Origin: Haliotis rufescens
Taxonomy: Eukaryota
Reading direction: 5' to 3'
DNA length: 64,000 nt
Assembly: GCF_023055435.1 (NCBI RefSeq)
Contig: NW_025963902.1
Span: 1,798,001-1,862,000, forward strand
Each line of letters begins with the position of its first letter. Position 1 is the first letter of the stretch. Made by a program: the position numbers and the translations under genes. This document shows, one piece after another, positions 12,504 to 26,100 of the stretch. The notes beneath the pieces were generated by a model. It did no database searches. It saw only the letters and a program-made list of their open reading frames with translations, and was not told the DNA's origin.

Positions 12504-13616
12504 TCAACATTTAAGTGTAATGTCCTCCTCTCTTGCGTCTTGGTACTCCAACACTGCATCGATGTAGTCCACAGCCAGTTTCCCTGCCCAGGATTCAAGC
12601 TTGTAGTTCTCTATGAATCCACAGTGACCACCTTTCTCTGTCGTCACCAACATCCAGTTAGGCCGCTGGAAATGATCATAGGGTATGTTGCCAGCAACAC
12701 AGATCGGATCGTCCAGACTGTTGATACACAACACAGGGGAGACAACTGAATCCACGTTAGCCATTGGGTCGTTGTGCAGCCACATGTCATCAACGTCCTT
12801 GAACCCATGCATCTTGAAGTAAAGGTGACCCTCAAATTCCTCTATAGACTTTGAATTGTAAACAGCTTGGATGTCCACAACTGGCTTCAGAATAAGTTCG
12901 TTCGGTTTAACCAAAGACGTTTTCAGCATATGTAGTATCAATTTCTCATATATGGTACTCATGCCCTCGATTTCAGATAGATCGAATCCCGATCCTATGA
13001 ATACAGAGGGGCCGATGTACGACCTCCCAGCGTACTCACCCAAATACCTACTCAGTATAGCCGTTCCTGCGGAGTAAGCAACGCCAGCCATTGCGGCCTT
13101 AGGGAACTTCCGGTGAATATGCTCCACACAGTATCGAAAGTCACTTGTTTCCCCAAAGCACTGGAGACGCGGTGTTGTGAGTAAGGAACCACAATGACCA
13201 CGTCTGTTAAACACTACAACTCTGAATCTCCCGGCCGCCAGCTTGCACACTTTGTTAATACCCACCTTCCCTCCCCCCACCCCCGGAATTACAACCAACA
13301 CGGGACTTGTGTCCGTCAGACACGCCTCGTTGTCCAACCAGTCTAGAGAAGCGAGACCACCGTCCGGTAAATGTACGTTTTCTCGCTTGTAGTTCAGAGG
13401 CGAGAAGTCCAGGCAACAGATAATTGTATGTACATGTCTATTGCCGAGTCCCAACGGCGGGGTGTAAGGTTCTTTCAGCCGTGGTACTTTATTTATAATG
13501 TACTCGTGGAGTTTGGAATCACCATAGAACAGCTTCGGTGTAGACTTCCTTCGTCGGAACCAACTGTGATGGATGAAGATGGCAATAGAACTGACGCAAA
13601 TAACTACAAATATCAT
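12504..13616 (-). CDS. ABHD1/2/3-family hydrolase, copy 2, 370 aa
   Basis: Same motifs as copy 1; about 7 aa differences, all in the N-terminal ~230 aa. Confidence 0.9.
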   Translation of the reverse strand: MIFVVICVSSIAIFIHHSWFRRRKSTPKLFYGDSKLHEYIINKVPRLKEPYTPPLGLGNRHVHTIICCLDFSPLNYKRENVHLPDGGLASLDWLDNEACLTDTSPVLVVIPGVGGGKVGINKVCKLAAGRFRVVVFNRRGHCGSLLTTPRLQCFGETSDFRYCVEHIHRKFPKAAMAGVAYSAGTAILSRYLGEYAGRSYIGPSVFIGSGFDLSEIEGMSTIYEKLILHMLKTSLVKPNELILKPVVDIQAVYNSKSIEEFEGHLYFKMHGFKDVDDMWLHNDPMANVDSVVSPVLCINSLDDPICVAGNIPYDHFQRPNWMLVTTEKGGHCGFIENYKLESWAGKLAVDYIDAVLEYQDAREEDITLKC

Positions 13617-13675
13617 CTCGACCCTTGCGAGAGAAACAGACCCGATGTGGAATATATATTGCCGACTGTTGAATA

Positions 13676-14085
13676 TATATAGTAACGCTTCAGCGGCGTC
13701 GGCGTCAATACTAATTTAATAGTAATTGATGACGCTTCCCATTGCTTATATAGTAACGCTTCAGTGGCGTCGGTGTCAATACTAATTTAATGGTAATTGA
13801 TGACGCTTCCCATTGCTTATATAGTAACGCTTCAGCGGCGTCGGTGTCAATACTAATTTAATGGTAATTGATGACACTTCCCATTGCTTATATAGTAACG
13901 CTTCAGCGGCGTCGGTGTCAATACTAATTAAATGGTAATTGATGACACTTCCCATTGCTTATATAGTAACGCTTCAGCGGCGTCGGTGTCAATACTAATT
14001 AAATGGTAATTGATGACACTTCCCATTGCTTATATAGTAACGCTTCAGCGGCGTCGGTGTCAATACTAATTAAATGGTAATTGAT
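13676..14085. repeat. 71-bp minisatellite, ~5.7 copies, upstream of ABHD copy 2
   Basis: Same unit, starts every 71 bp from 13681 to 14036. Confidence 0.95.
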
Positions 14086-16981
14086 AAGTCTCCACTATGA
14101 AAAACAGATGGAGAAAGGTGGGCTTGGTGTTAATTGATATGTACCTGTGAAGACAATGTTAACTTGAGCAATTGTTGCACGCCTGCGCAAAGTCATTGTA
14201 TTGTGCGGATCCAATTTCAGTAACAATTTGCCAGTAACTTTGTAATTAACTGTAAATTATGACAGTAAAAGAAAAAATGTAATTTGAACCTCGATTGTAT
14301 GCTTGTTGTAAGAGTCCTGGGGTCCGTTCAACACAACAATCGTAGCTCTAACGTGATCATAACTTTTAACACAGACTTACGACCATGTACATGTCAATCG
14401 ATAGATTCCACTTAAAGCAAATGATATTGAACATTGCCAATTACACATCTGATGAATGATGGAAAAGTATTTATTTCGAGTATAGTAATGACCTTCCGTA
14501 TCAACTCTCAAACTTAACCGGTTTCGAGAAGGAAATGAATGCTAACCAGATGCTTGAACAGGTTTGTTTTACGTAACATTTCGCCACACCTGTCATCAAA
14601 AATGAAGGAACTATTTCGGTTTTAGCAATGTGGTCCAAATATTAAAGTTTTGGACACTGATTAGATGCGGCTTGAGTTTGATGCTCTGCACAAATATAGA
14701 TTTGATTTATTTCTATTAATAATGATCTGTATATGGGTGAGTGGGTGAGTGAGTGTGTTATTTAAAATCGTATTTTGGCAACATCATGACTTGTTGGCTT
14801 CATGAGAAATTATACAACGGAGATGGGTCCCAGTCGTTTACCAATCGCTGCGCATGGATCTGGGTCTGAAAAACCAAACTGCGAGTTGTGGTTTTTGAGA
14901 CCGCTTGCTGCTCTGTCTGGAAACATAATTCGCCCCGTTGGGAAACCTGGCTAGAATAGATCCCCAGAAACATATAGGTAGCTATGCTGATCGAAAGACG
15001 TGATATAATGGATTAGGTAGCCACCACACCTGGTTAGTGCACGTCACCATACGCCATTGTGTAGATCGTTACTAATAATATTGATCGCAAGATTGTCTGG
15101 TCCAGGCTCGATTATTCAGAGGCCGCGGTCAAAGAGTTTGATATTGCTTAGTGGGACCTTTAACAACAAGCAAAAGACAAATAACGCTACTTTGCTTTGG
15201 TTAGCGTACCAAGATCATGAACTGACCATAGTGGTCAATGCATAAGTCTTATTGAAGATAGGACCTTTATTGAGCAGACGCTGGAAGACATGGACCATAG
15301 AATTTGACCGTGTGTCCCGAGCTCCGTGAATCGACTGCCCCTGCATTCGATTCGCGACATGAGTACAAAGTGTGAAGCCCATTTCTGGTGTGCCCCCCCC
15401 CCCCCCCCCCCCCCCGAATATTACTTAAAGCAGCGTAATACCATACTCACTCACTCAATCCAGGCGTACGTAATGAGTCCATTGTGATGTTTTTAGGCCA
15501 TTTTGAAGTCCTCAAGAACTTTTTGTCTTTCTGACGGAACAATAATTGTAGAATGACCAAAATAATTTGGCATTTTGTGAAGTGAAAATTTCAGTTATCT
15601 TAAACTTTGACTGATTTTACACATGCACTGTAACATACAGTTGTTCCAGGGATTAATACAAGATACAGTAACTACTGGGTTACCGTTAGATCTAATTCAT
15701 AGCTACAACCTGATTAGACGCAATCATTTCAATATCAAAAGAATTACAAACAAAGTAAACAGTGGAATGACAGCAATGTACATAAAGGTGTGTGTAACCG
15801 AATCACGCATAGATGTCAGATCTTATCTACATTTGCATGAATAGGTCAGGAACTTTGAAGTTGACGAATGATAAAGTAGCGATTTTTTTCTTTATCATAC
15901 TGTCACAACAACGTTTCGGTATAGATCCTTACACCGTAGTAAAACGAGTACAGTCTTACTTGAGAATGGTATAAGGATTTTTAACGAATGTCGCTGTTGC
16001 AATATAATAAAGAAGTTGTTATCCATAAATATTTTGTCTACTTTTTCAAAAACCATAATGTACACCGTACTGGAAACAACATGGAAGTGACTGGTCTTGT
16101 TTAAAGTTTCCGCTTCCCAGACCCACACAACATGTTAGTTAATCAATACTTTATTGGTATATACGTGCTACGCACACGTGTATCTAAATACCCACAGCCC
16201 AATACAATTGCCCCAAGGAAGGCAACGTGGTGACACGAAAGTATTTAGATTCACATTCAGTTTATTCAGAATTCAAGGCCATCCGACCAACAGTACATTC
16301 ATATATCTAACATGTATAGATGTATCTTAATATCTCTTTTGATACAAAGAACCTTGTACCAAAATTTTGACAATTAAAGAAATTTTGTGAATTTAAATAT
16401 GTACATAGGTTTGCTGCAGCCAATATGAAATTAGAATTAGCTGCAATGTCTTGCAAATTCCAAATTACGTTCTACTGCATAACATGTGCAATAAAATAAA
16501 ACATGACTTTCATCTTCTATTAAGAAACAGGTTTTACAAAAACAACTTCAAGATCATATATTCCAAGGGGATTCATACATGATTTGAATTTTAACAAAGC
16601 CTTTTCTTATAACACACAACGCTAATATCTGTTAAATACAGTTCACATTCAGATATAGATATACAGAAAGAGTAGATTCAAGAGATTTTCGGTCACACAT
16701 CGCGGCATCTTGTTCAGCAAGTCTACAATATGTTGCCGAAATAACACAACAAACATATTACAACTTCCTACTTCTTGCCACAACTAAATATAAACACAAA
16801 CCTATTTGGAAAGAAGATTTTTAACATGAGTGGCCCAATTCGGACGGCTTCTATCAGATGTATTTTTAACATTATGTAACACTGGTAGGTATATGTATCA
16901 TTGGACATAATATAGGTGGGTGAGATGAAATGGGGTTTAACGTCGCGTCCAAGATTATTACACTTATAGAGCGACATGCAT

Positions 16982-17016
<35 letters not shown>

Positions 17017-17017
17017 C

Positions 17018-17048
<31 letters not shown>

Positions 17049-18469
17049 TCTGATTGTTCTAGTCCGGACTGATGCCGATTTATAGTGCTAGCTTACTGAG
17101 ATACCATGCAGCAGTTTAACATGAATACCCAACTCAGACAGAGTGTACTGACTCCGAGCCGACCAGTCCTTGTTTTAGCCCCTTAATGCCGAGCGCCAGA
17201 CAGGGTAACAACAAGCACCATCTTTTAACTTTTTTTTGTATGACGCGGCCGGGGATCGATCCCGGACCTTCCCTTCACCCGGGCTGACGCTCTACCACTA
17301 GAGGTTGGTACACGTAGGTGATCTACATGAAACTATATAAAATGTGGAGGTGGGTAATGTCAAATATGTTTTCGCTGAGTATTGAGACATTCTGCGTACT
17401 TACACGGGGGAAATTTGCGAATTAAGTGGATGTTTGGTTAGAAATAGGAGAATTTGTATTTGAGTCGAAAAAGAAAACAGAAAATTGTTCTTGTATCAAT
17501 TTTCCGCTTCCTACTTCATTGGAAAATGTACGTGCTCCGTACACAAGCCCCTAAATACCCACATCCCAATACTGACGCCTCAATCAGGGCAATGTGTGTG
17601 GTGGCTTTGAAGTATATAAAGTATGGAAGTGAATAATGACAAATGTGTTCGAGACATTCTGCGCGCTTACACGTGAGAAATTAATGAAATAAGTGAATAA
17701 ATGGTTAAAAATAAGGAAAAGAATTTATTGATGTCAACTACTTTATTATGAGGAACACAACGTTGAGGAATACTTACTAACCCTGAAATACACATGTGAT
17801 GTGCGATCTTCTTGGCTTGGTGGTGTTGGGAACTTGGGGTCTGCAGTAATAATATCCACAATATTCTTCAATGTGCACTTTAAGGGCGTTTGTGAAACCC
17901 TATGCGAAATCAGAATCGGTCTTAAGAACATTATGTATGTGGGAGTCAAGCTATGCATGTTATGCTATCTAAGGTAAATTATTGCTCGATATATTTGTTA
18001 TCCCCGTTCTTCATCCAGATTTCCTCTATTAACATACACACTGGTTCTTCCTGTCCAAAAACTTTACTTTATGGGCGCCAAATATGGTCGAAGTGCAAAG
18101 GTCCGGTCATTACATTTTTAAAAAAAAAAAGACTAGGATTGGCCACAATTCTCTTCATCATGGCTGCAACGTCGGCCGTATTGAAAATTAGATTCGAAAC
18201 AAATTCAGATGACATTATTGGTGGGAAAAGGCATGTAAAGCTTGGGATTCCTTGGAATGACTTCTTTCGAAACGTTCGTCCACACATCCAGTGCCCTTGT
18301 CAGTGTAGTGTTGTTGGTCTTCAATGGTCTTTGTTTTCCCATATGTCATAAATTATGCCATAATTTACATATTATTGCCTTAAGTATCTAGTAGGAACTA
18401 CAAAGATATGTTTCCTTCACACATCTTCTTAAGTTGGTTCAACTTTTCGCATGACTCTTAAACCTTTAG

Positions 18470-19470
18470 ACTGGATTCGAATGCTCCATACAAAAACAGG
18501 ATCCATACAAAAAGATATATTACTGGGTCCAGCAAATGTACCGACAAATCCTGGTCTCAAAGATTAACCATAATCCTTAATACCATCAAGGAAGGGCTTC
18601 CTGTATTTTCAAATAAAGTATTTGAGACAAGTGGAATTAGTACCAAAACCTCAAATTATTAGCATGACTTTCTCAGAAAAGAACCAACTTCAGTTCTGTC
18701 AAAACATTTGATTTTTCAACTTTGTACACCATTATCTCACACGGCAAACTTTAGGAAATAATCCATTCTTTGATCCATGGGGCTTTTGTTACAAAACAAG
18801 AAGTGTATCTTCAGCTTCAGGTATATCGATGATCTGATATCATTCAATTTCCTTCAAATAGCCACGTCCCTTCCACTGATTTACCCACCTGAACTAGAAA
18901 TAAAGGATACCGCCTCATATGTTTCCTATTTAGATCTATGCATAAACGTTCAGAGTGAGAAAACACTATCCACAAGACTGTATGGCAAGAGGGATGATTT
19001 CACCTTTTCCCATTATGTCAAGCAATATTCCTGCAGCCCCAGTCTTTACATTTCACTTTTGAGGTACAATCGAGTATGATCTTTCTACTAGGATTTCAAG
19101 GAAGTTGTTTGATCAAAGTTACATCATAAAAGCCCTCTGTAAAACTTTTGAAAAGTTTTGAGATAGACAAGTGGAGGACATTCGACGCACAGATGACAAA
19201 AATTATCTCGAGGAATGTTATTCCCTATCTTTACTTGTACCATATGTTCCCGTGTTTTTTTAGGGAAATATTTTTGACTTGCCTTTACATGTTTTTGTGA
19301 CTGGTGCCATCGTTTGGGCAGTATAACCTCCCCTTCTCGCGATCACCTGGTATAATCACTATTTGATAGTGATTCATGATATCATGATTTAGGCGGAATC
19401 CTAAATCGATTCTGCAGAGATTTCTTATGGATATAGAAAGGGTTTTGTCGCGTTTATATATACCATTATT
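18470..19470 (+). mobile_element. Decayed Penelope-like RT fragment, unit 3
   Basis: ORF 18777-19079 reads FSFRYIDDLISFN...IYPPELEIKDT.SY.SYLDL...TLSTRLYGKRDDF, with the YIDD RT motif. Confidence 0.78.
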
Positions 19471-20453
19471 TCTTTAAAATGTTAAAACTGCGTAAGAAAT
19501 AAGCTATTGTTTGCGTCATTGGTAACAAACAGTAGTGAGACGCGAATACGCTCTAAATAGAGCCCCAAATTCCGTGAATCTAGGATTCAAACCCACGACA
19601 CAGCAGATCAAAGGGATGGGACCCCTGATAACCTTCTCAGTCAGCCATACGTATATCAATCAATCAACATGTCATTATGGTGACATTTCTAAAATCTACA
19701 TTTGATATTTCTCAGTAATATCAAGAATTTGCCCCAAATACAAAACGCCAACGTCAGAGTATAATCAGTGTCGATTATCTGCCGAAACAGATCCTTGTCC
19801 AATGTCCAGTAAAAAAGGAAGTTTTTGTTAACTTACGCTCTATAGAAGTACGCCCGCTACACTAGGGTGGCCTGTAAACAATCGAGTCTGGACCAGTCAG
19901 TCCAGAGATAGTAGACCAGACAATTCAGCGACACGATAGTGCGTTTACTGATGTTATTGAAACTAAAAATGATAAATGTACAAGTGCAGAGATCCTTCTG
20001 CTTACAAAGAAAGAAACACAAAAGAAACATTATCATGAAACTCAGGGATTTAATATCTCCGCAGTTCAACGATGGGCGATGGGTGTAACATAATTTGAGA
20101 ATCAACAATGAGGAATTATACATCATCTGTCCTGAGTGAATGATTCCTAGAAGTTTATGGCGAGTTACAGCATGGACAGGTAATCTGTAATTCCGAATAA
20201 CTCAGTATCAGTTTAAAAAAGAAAATGAAGGTAAATCGTATCAAATGTCAAGGTTACTGAGAAAATCTTAACTGAAGCCAGCAAATTGCTCAGATGACGT
20301 AATATTATCAATTTGTTACGACATGAACAATGGATGACGTCAAAGTGTATGTTTTAACAATTAAGCACTGTGGCTTCATCAACTGACCAATCAACATAGA
20401 CAATCACTAAAATGTATTTGTGATTATATCAGAAAGTTTTGTCACACGATATC

Positions 20454-21566
20454 TCAACATTTAGGTGTAATGTCCTCCTCTCTTGCGTCTTGATACTCCA
20501 ACACTGCATCGATGTAGTCCACAGCCAGTTTCCCTGCCCAGGATTCAAGCTTGTAGTTCTCTATGAATCCACAGTGACCACCTTTCTCTGTCGTCACCAA
20601 CATCCAGTTAGGCCGCTGGAAATGATCATAGGGTATGTTGCCAGCAACACAGATCGGATCGTCCAGACTGTTGATACACAACACAGGGGAGACAACTGAA
20701 TCAACGTTAGCCATTGGGTCGTTGTGCAGCCACATGTCATCAGCGTCCTTGAACCCATGCATCTTGAAGTAGAGGTGACCCTCAAATTCCTCTATAGACT
20801 TTGAATTGTAAACAGCTTGGATGTCCACAACTGGCTTCAGAATATGTTCGTTCGGTTTAACCAAAGAGGTTTTTAGCATATATACTATAAATTTCTCATA
20901 TACGGTGATCATGGCCTCAAATTCAGGTAGATCGAATCCCGACCCTATGAATACAGAGGGGCCGATGTACGACCTCCCAGCGTACTCACCCAAATACCTA
21001 CTCAGTATAGCCGTTCCTGCGGAGTAAGCAACGCCAGCCATAGCAGCCTTAGGGAACTTCCGGTGAATATGCTCCACACAGTATCGAAAGTCACTTGTTT
21101 CCCCAAAGCACTGGAGACGCGGTGTTGTGAGTAAGGAACCACAATGACCGCGCCTGTTGAACACTGCAACTCTGAATCTCCCGGCCGCCATCTTGCACAC
21201 ATTGCTAATACCCCCCTTCCCTCCCCCCACCCCTGGAATTACGACCAACACGGGACTTGTGTCCGTCAGACACGCCTCGTTGTCCAACCAGTCAAGAGAA
21301 ACGAGACCACCGTCCGGTAAATGTACGTTTTCTCTCTTGTAGTTCAGAGGCGAGAACTCCAGACAACAGATAATTGTATGTACATGTCTATTGCCGAGTC
21401 CCCACGGCGGGGTGTAAGGTTCTTTCAGCCGTGGTACTTTATTTATAACGTACTCGTGGAGTTTGGAATCACCATAGAACAGCTTCGGTGCAGACTTTCT
21501 TCGTCGGAACCCACCATAATAGGTGTAGACGGCAAGACAACCGACGCAAATGACCACAAATATCAT
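20454..21566 (-). CDS. ABHD1/2/3-family hydrolase, copy 3 (most diverged)
   Basis: Same triad motifs. Start placed at the MIFVVIC ATG shared with copies 1 and 2; the ORF track extends to a TTG at 21602. Confidence 0.88.
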   Translation of the reverse strand: MIFVVICVGCLAVYTYYGGFRRRKSAPKLFYGDSKLHEYVINKVPRLKEPYTPPWGLGNRHVHTIICCLEFSPLNYKRENVHLPDGGLVSLDWLDNEACLTDTSPVLVVIPGVGGGKGGISNVCKMAAGRFRVAVFNRRGHCGSLLTTPRLQCFGETSDFRYCVEHIHRKFPKAAMAGVAYSAGTAILSRYLGEYAGRSYIGPSVFIGSGFDLPEFEAMITVYEKFIVYMLKTSLVKPNEHILKPVVDIQAVYNSKSIEEFEGHLYFKMHGFKDADDMWLHNDPMANVDSVVSPVLCINSLDDPICVAGNIPYDHFQRPNWMLVTTEKGGHCGFIENYKLESWAGKLAVDYIDAVLEYQDAREEDITPKC

Positions 21567-23127
21567 CTCGACCCTTGTGAGAGAAACAGGTCTGATTCGC
21601 AATATCTATATCGACAAAAGTCGACTGTCCAACGGCGGCGTTTACCGATGTTAATATAGTAACGGTTTAATGGCGTCGGCGTCAATACTAACTTGATGAT
21701 AATTGACGTGCTTCCATTGTGAATAACAGCCATTCCCACACATGCACAGCACGTGGACGTGATGATAATTGTTATGTTGCTGTAGAGACAATGCTGTCCT
21801 TTAACGTTATGATGGCTGCACCCATGCGCAATATCAATGTATTGTGCGGATTCAATTTCAGTGGCCATTTACTAACATTTTAATTAAAGGGAAAATTATG
21901 ACAGTAACAGACAAATGTTCATGCTAGTTTCAAAAGTCCTGGGGTCCGTTCCACAAAGCGACCTTCGCGCTCAGGTGATCGTAACTCCCATTCTTGAACA
22001 CAGACTGACGACTTCTGGGCATCAGTATTAATTAAGTGATTAAAACGCTCCACTATGTACGTGCCAATCTATAGATTTAACTTTAAGCAAATGATATTTT
22101 TTACATTGCCATTTTCGGATCTTTAGGGTCACTGCTGCGTCCAATCAGGTTGCAGCTATTTATTATATTTAACGGTAACTCATTAGTTATTGTACGTTTT
22201 ACACAGAGACAGATCAAACTCGATCTAAGTTATGGAAAGTAGAAATTACATTTTTATTTCAAACACAACTGTGGAGCTACCTCAGCCACTATGCATACAG
22301 ATCATAAGAAAGATGATTCAATCACATCGGTATTGGTGTATAAAGTCAAACAGCTTGATACAAACACAGCGTGGTGCAGAGCTTCATCATCCAGGCACAT
22401 TAATCAGCATAATAATGTTAAAAAATGTTTGGACCACAGAGCTAAATTGAATTAGTCCCTTCATTTTGGAAAACAGATTTGGCGAAATGGTACGTGAAAC
22501 AAACCCGTTCCAGTGCCTGGTTTGCATTAGACTTCTTGTCGATAATGGTTGCAATTTCAGTTTTGATAAGGAATGTTGTCATTGTTTGAAAATATTGGAA
22601 ACAGCTAAATAATGTTAATAATCAGAAAAGACCATGTTTGGTTGGATGTGATAAACAGGGTATGTTGTGTAAATAGGGTGTAAATATCGTGGAAAGTACA
22701 CAATAGTGTTAATATCGAATGAATTGTAAACATTATGCAACAGAATGCATTGGCAGCAATATACACGTGTTTATGTGTTTACATAAACGTGTGTGTTACC
22801 GATAGATGCATAGATGTCAAATCTTATAAACTTTTGCATTTCAAAAGAAAAATACAAAATATATTTTAAGCTAAAACATTTAAAATCCAAGTGTTTATAC
22901 ACAATATTAGAGGAGCTGTATGGATGCATTGCACACACTGATGAAACTAGTTTCAGTTCAGGTTGACACAGTTTCCAGCAGAAGACGAAAACGTGATTGA
23001 TATTATGAGCAATGTCCAAGCCTTCTGGTATTGTAACACTCAATGACCTCGTCCATTTGGTCGCCTTTAATGATCAGCATTGGTTACTGGAGACCAACTG
23101 GAACCCGGTATCCTACGTTTGACATTA

Positions 23128-26100
23128 TCACAGAGAACATCTAAGTTCAAGCCCCGTTCCATCCAAATGCCCTCTTATTGCGTCGTCAAATTCTTCGTCT
23201 TGTGTCACTGTGAGCCAGTTCTTCCATTCTCCTACCTGACCTACAAAGCATGAACAATGAATCAGCAAGGACGCATCGTCAGTAGCACACATATGACTGA
23301 ATCAACATTCTTAATTCTGTTTCTTGTTTGTCTCCACAGCAATATTGCAGCCATAACAGAGCCGCCTGTTTATACCCCATCTGGGTAAGGCCAACCAGTG
23401 TACCCTGTCTGGCGCTCGGCATTAGGGGGCTAAAACAAGGACCGGTCGGCTCGGAGTCAGTATACTGTGTCTGAGTGGGGTATTCATGTTAAACTGCGGC
23501 ATGGTATCTCAGTGAGCTAGCACTATAAATCGGCATCAATACGGACTAGTACAAGCAGCCACACAAACACACACACGTACATGCACGTCGCTATATAAGT
23601 GCAATAATCTTGGACGCGACGTTATACCCCATTTCACCTCACCTCACCATCCAGTGATGGTATGGTATTGATATCTGTAGGGTACGATGACACGCAACCT
23701 GGCAGGCCCAGACAACCCAATCCCCATTTCAAAGGGCTCTGACTACAAGTTTTTAGAGACCCGGATTTGCCATTGGGACGTTATCAATTACGCCTTACAC
23801 TCTACTATGTATATTAGTATCTGAACAAAAGCGACAATAATCCACAATCCATAATCATAAGAAATATTGTACAATGTGCAATTCCGACATTACCATAAGC
23901 ATGACTGTGTATATGAATCACTATCAAATGGGGATGATACCAGGTGTTCGCGAAAGGATTGGCTTATCTTCCCCAACCAATGGCACATGTTACAAGCACA
24001 TGCAAAGGCCAATCAACTGTTTCCCTTAAAAAAGGGACTTGCATTGGACATCAGTTTTCTCACTGACGCATCAAATTTGAAAGTGTGCTCAACCATGAGA
24101 CATAATGAAAGCGTCACCCAGGTCTTGAATGTTGTAACACTGATCAAACAACTCTTAAACAGAAGTCGCCTATTGAAGTCATTGAGGTGAGGTGAAATGG
24201 GGTTTAACGTCGCGTCCTAGATTATTGCACTTATATAGCGACGTGTATGCGCGTGTGTGTGTGGCTGCTTGTACTAGTCCGGACTCATGCCGATTTATAG
24301 TGCTAGCCCACGGACTGAGATACCCTGCGGCAGTTTAACATGAATACCCCACTCAGAAACAATATACTCCGACTCCGAGCCGACCAGTCCTTGTTTTAGC
24401 CCCTAATGCCGAGCGCCAGAGAGGGGAACAACAAGTGCGATCTTTTAACGTATTTTTGAAGTGTTTGAAGAAAGAGCATGCTCGATTGAACCTCGAAAGT
24501 TGTGAAACGTTGACACCAAAGTCTGAAGCTGATGGCATATTGTTCGTCATAAAGGGAATGTTGACTATTGGAAAGTTGTCATACAGTCCAGTGGATAGAT
24601 TTTCGTTACTCTCAGTATTTCAGATTTCTATTTCAATCTTCTTGATGAATCAACTTTATTATTATTAAACTTTGCGCGAAACTTTAGTCAGTTTCTTGGT
24701 CGTGTTAATACGAATGTGCAGGTGATGTAACATAAAGCATGGTTAATTTTAATATGTTATCGAGATGTCTGGGCCTTTGGTTTAAGGACTTTGGGCGGAA
24801 ATCAGCCTAGCTTGTGTAATCGATCCTTTGCATTGAACACTGATGCCGAAAGGGTTTAATCCTCTTTGGAAAACATGGTGAGTACGCCAGGAGAAGACTT
24901 GCTGGGGCGGCGTATGTCATTATTAAATCAGTAACTCACCCTCGGTGTCGTACATGTCTGACGTGAGGGGCATGCCGTCACAGTGGGCCTCCGTCTTTAC
25001 GCGTTTAGCTGGCTGCATTTTGCTGGTGTCACAGGTCGCCTCCACCAAGTCGCCTATAGCTTCTTCATCCATGTCAAGATCCAGAAACTTGCAAAGACCT
25101 CGCGTTTGTTTGTAGGGGTTCTGTTGAAATAATCGAGGCATTAAAATTCAGATGAGATGTGAATTCGGTTTACCGATGCTTTGAAGAGTATTTCAGTTAC
25201 ATCACCACACGTCAGCTTGATGTGGGAGGGAAGTGATGTTTATCACTCCTATGAAACCCGCGAGCACGAGTATGGTGTGGACAAACCTACAAAGATATTC
25301 AGGACGAACTGGGATTCAAACCCACGATCATAGGTTTCTTGCACGCCTATTGGGTGCAACCCTGTATGCCAAACTGCGACGCCTCCGTACAGGACTATCC
25401 TTACCACGTTAATTTCCCCCTTCTGTATGTATATATTGTTCAGGTAGAAAACTTGACTGTTTCCGAAAATAAGTGACATTAACATTCACGCTTACAGACC
25501 AAAAGTCTTCCTTATTGGCGGCCATATTGGTCGAAGTGCAAAGATCAGGTCAAAGTAAAAACATAAACAATCACAATATATAATATTATTATATAATATC
25601 ACAAAGAAAATGGAACCTGTATCCCGAGACCCACTACCAGCTGCACTGGCATCGAATTTCTTTACATTTTGAACAATAACGGCCATAAATAGCGTTAATA
25701 TTGTGGCTGCAAAGGCGACCATATCTAAAACTGGATTCGCAGCTCTTGGACAAATGCAGATGACAAGATTGGTGTGAACAAGAACCAATCTCCAAGACAT
25801 ACCTTCCGTCTATATCGTTTAAAAGATTGCCTTGAGCTATTTACAGTAAATCTGCCATCACCTATATCATAATGTTTTTTTCGCAGGTCGTCAGACCTCA
25901 TATTCCTGGAATTGTTTACAGTTCTCTTACCTAAACAATCTTGATCCGGATGAGCTCGATGGTGACAGGGGACATCTTTACGTATGGTTATGCCACTTTC
26001 AGCACATTACCATGATTACTTTATAGGGTATTTGGTAATAACAACGACACATGTACTGAACATCAAAACATTAAATTATATTGATTTCACATTTTACATA

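Larger units (their letters stand above)
1..21947. repeat. Tandem segmental duplication: units 1-7639, 7640-14325, 14326-21947
   Basis: Anchor ggtccgttc(a/c)aca recurs at 1, 7640, 14326 and 21948. ORFs recur at offsets 7638 and then about 6969. Confidence 0.93.

Noticed and set aside
21567-21602. N-terminal extension of ABHD copy 3
   Set aside because: It starts at a TTG; the ATG shared with copies 1 and 2 is at 21566.
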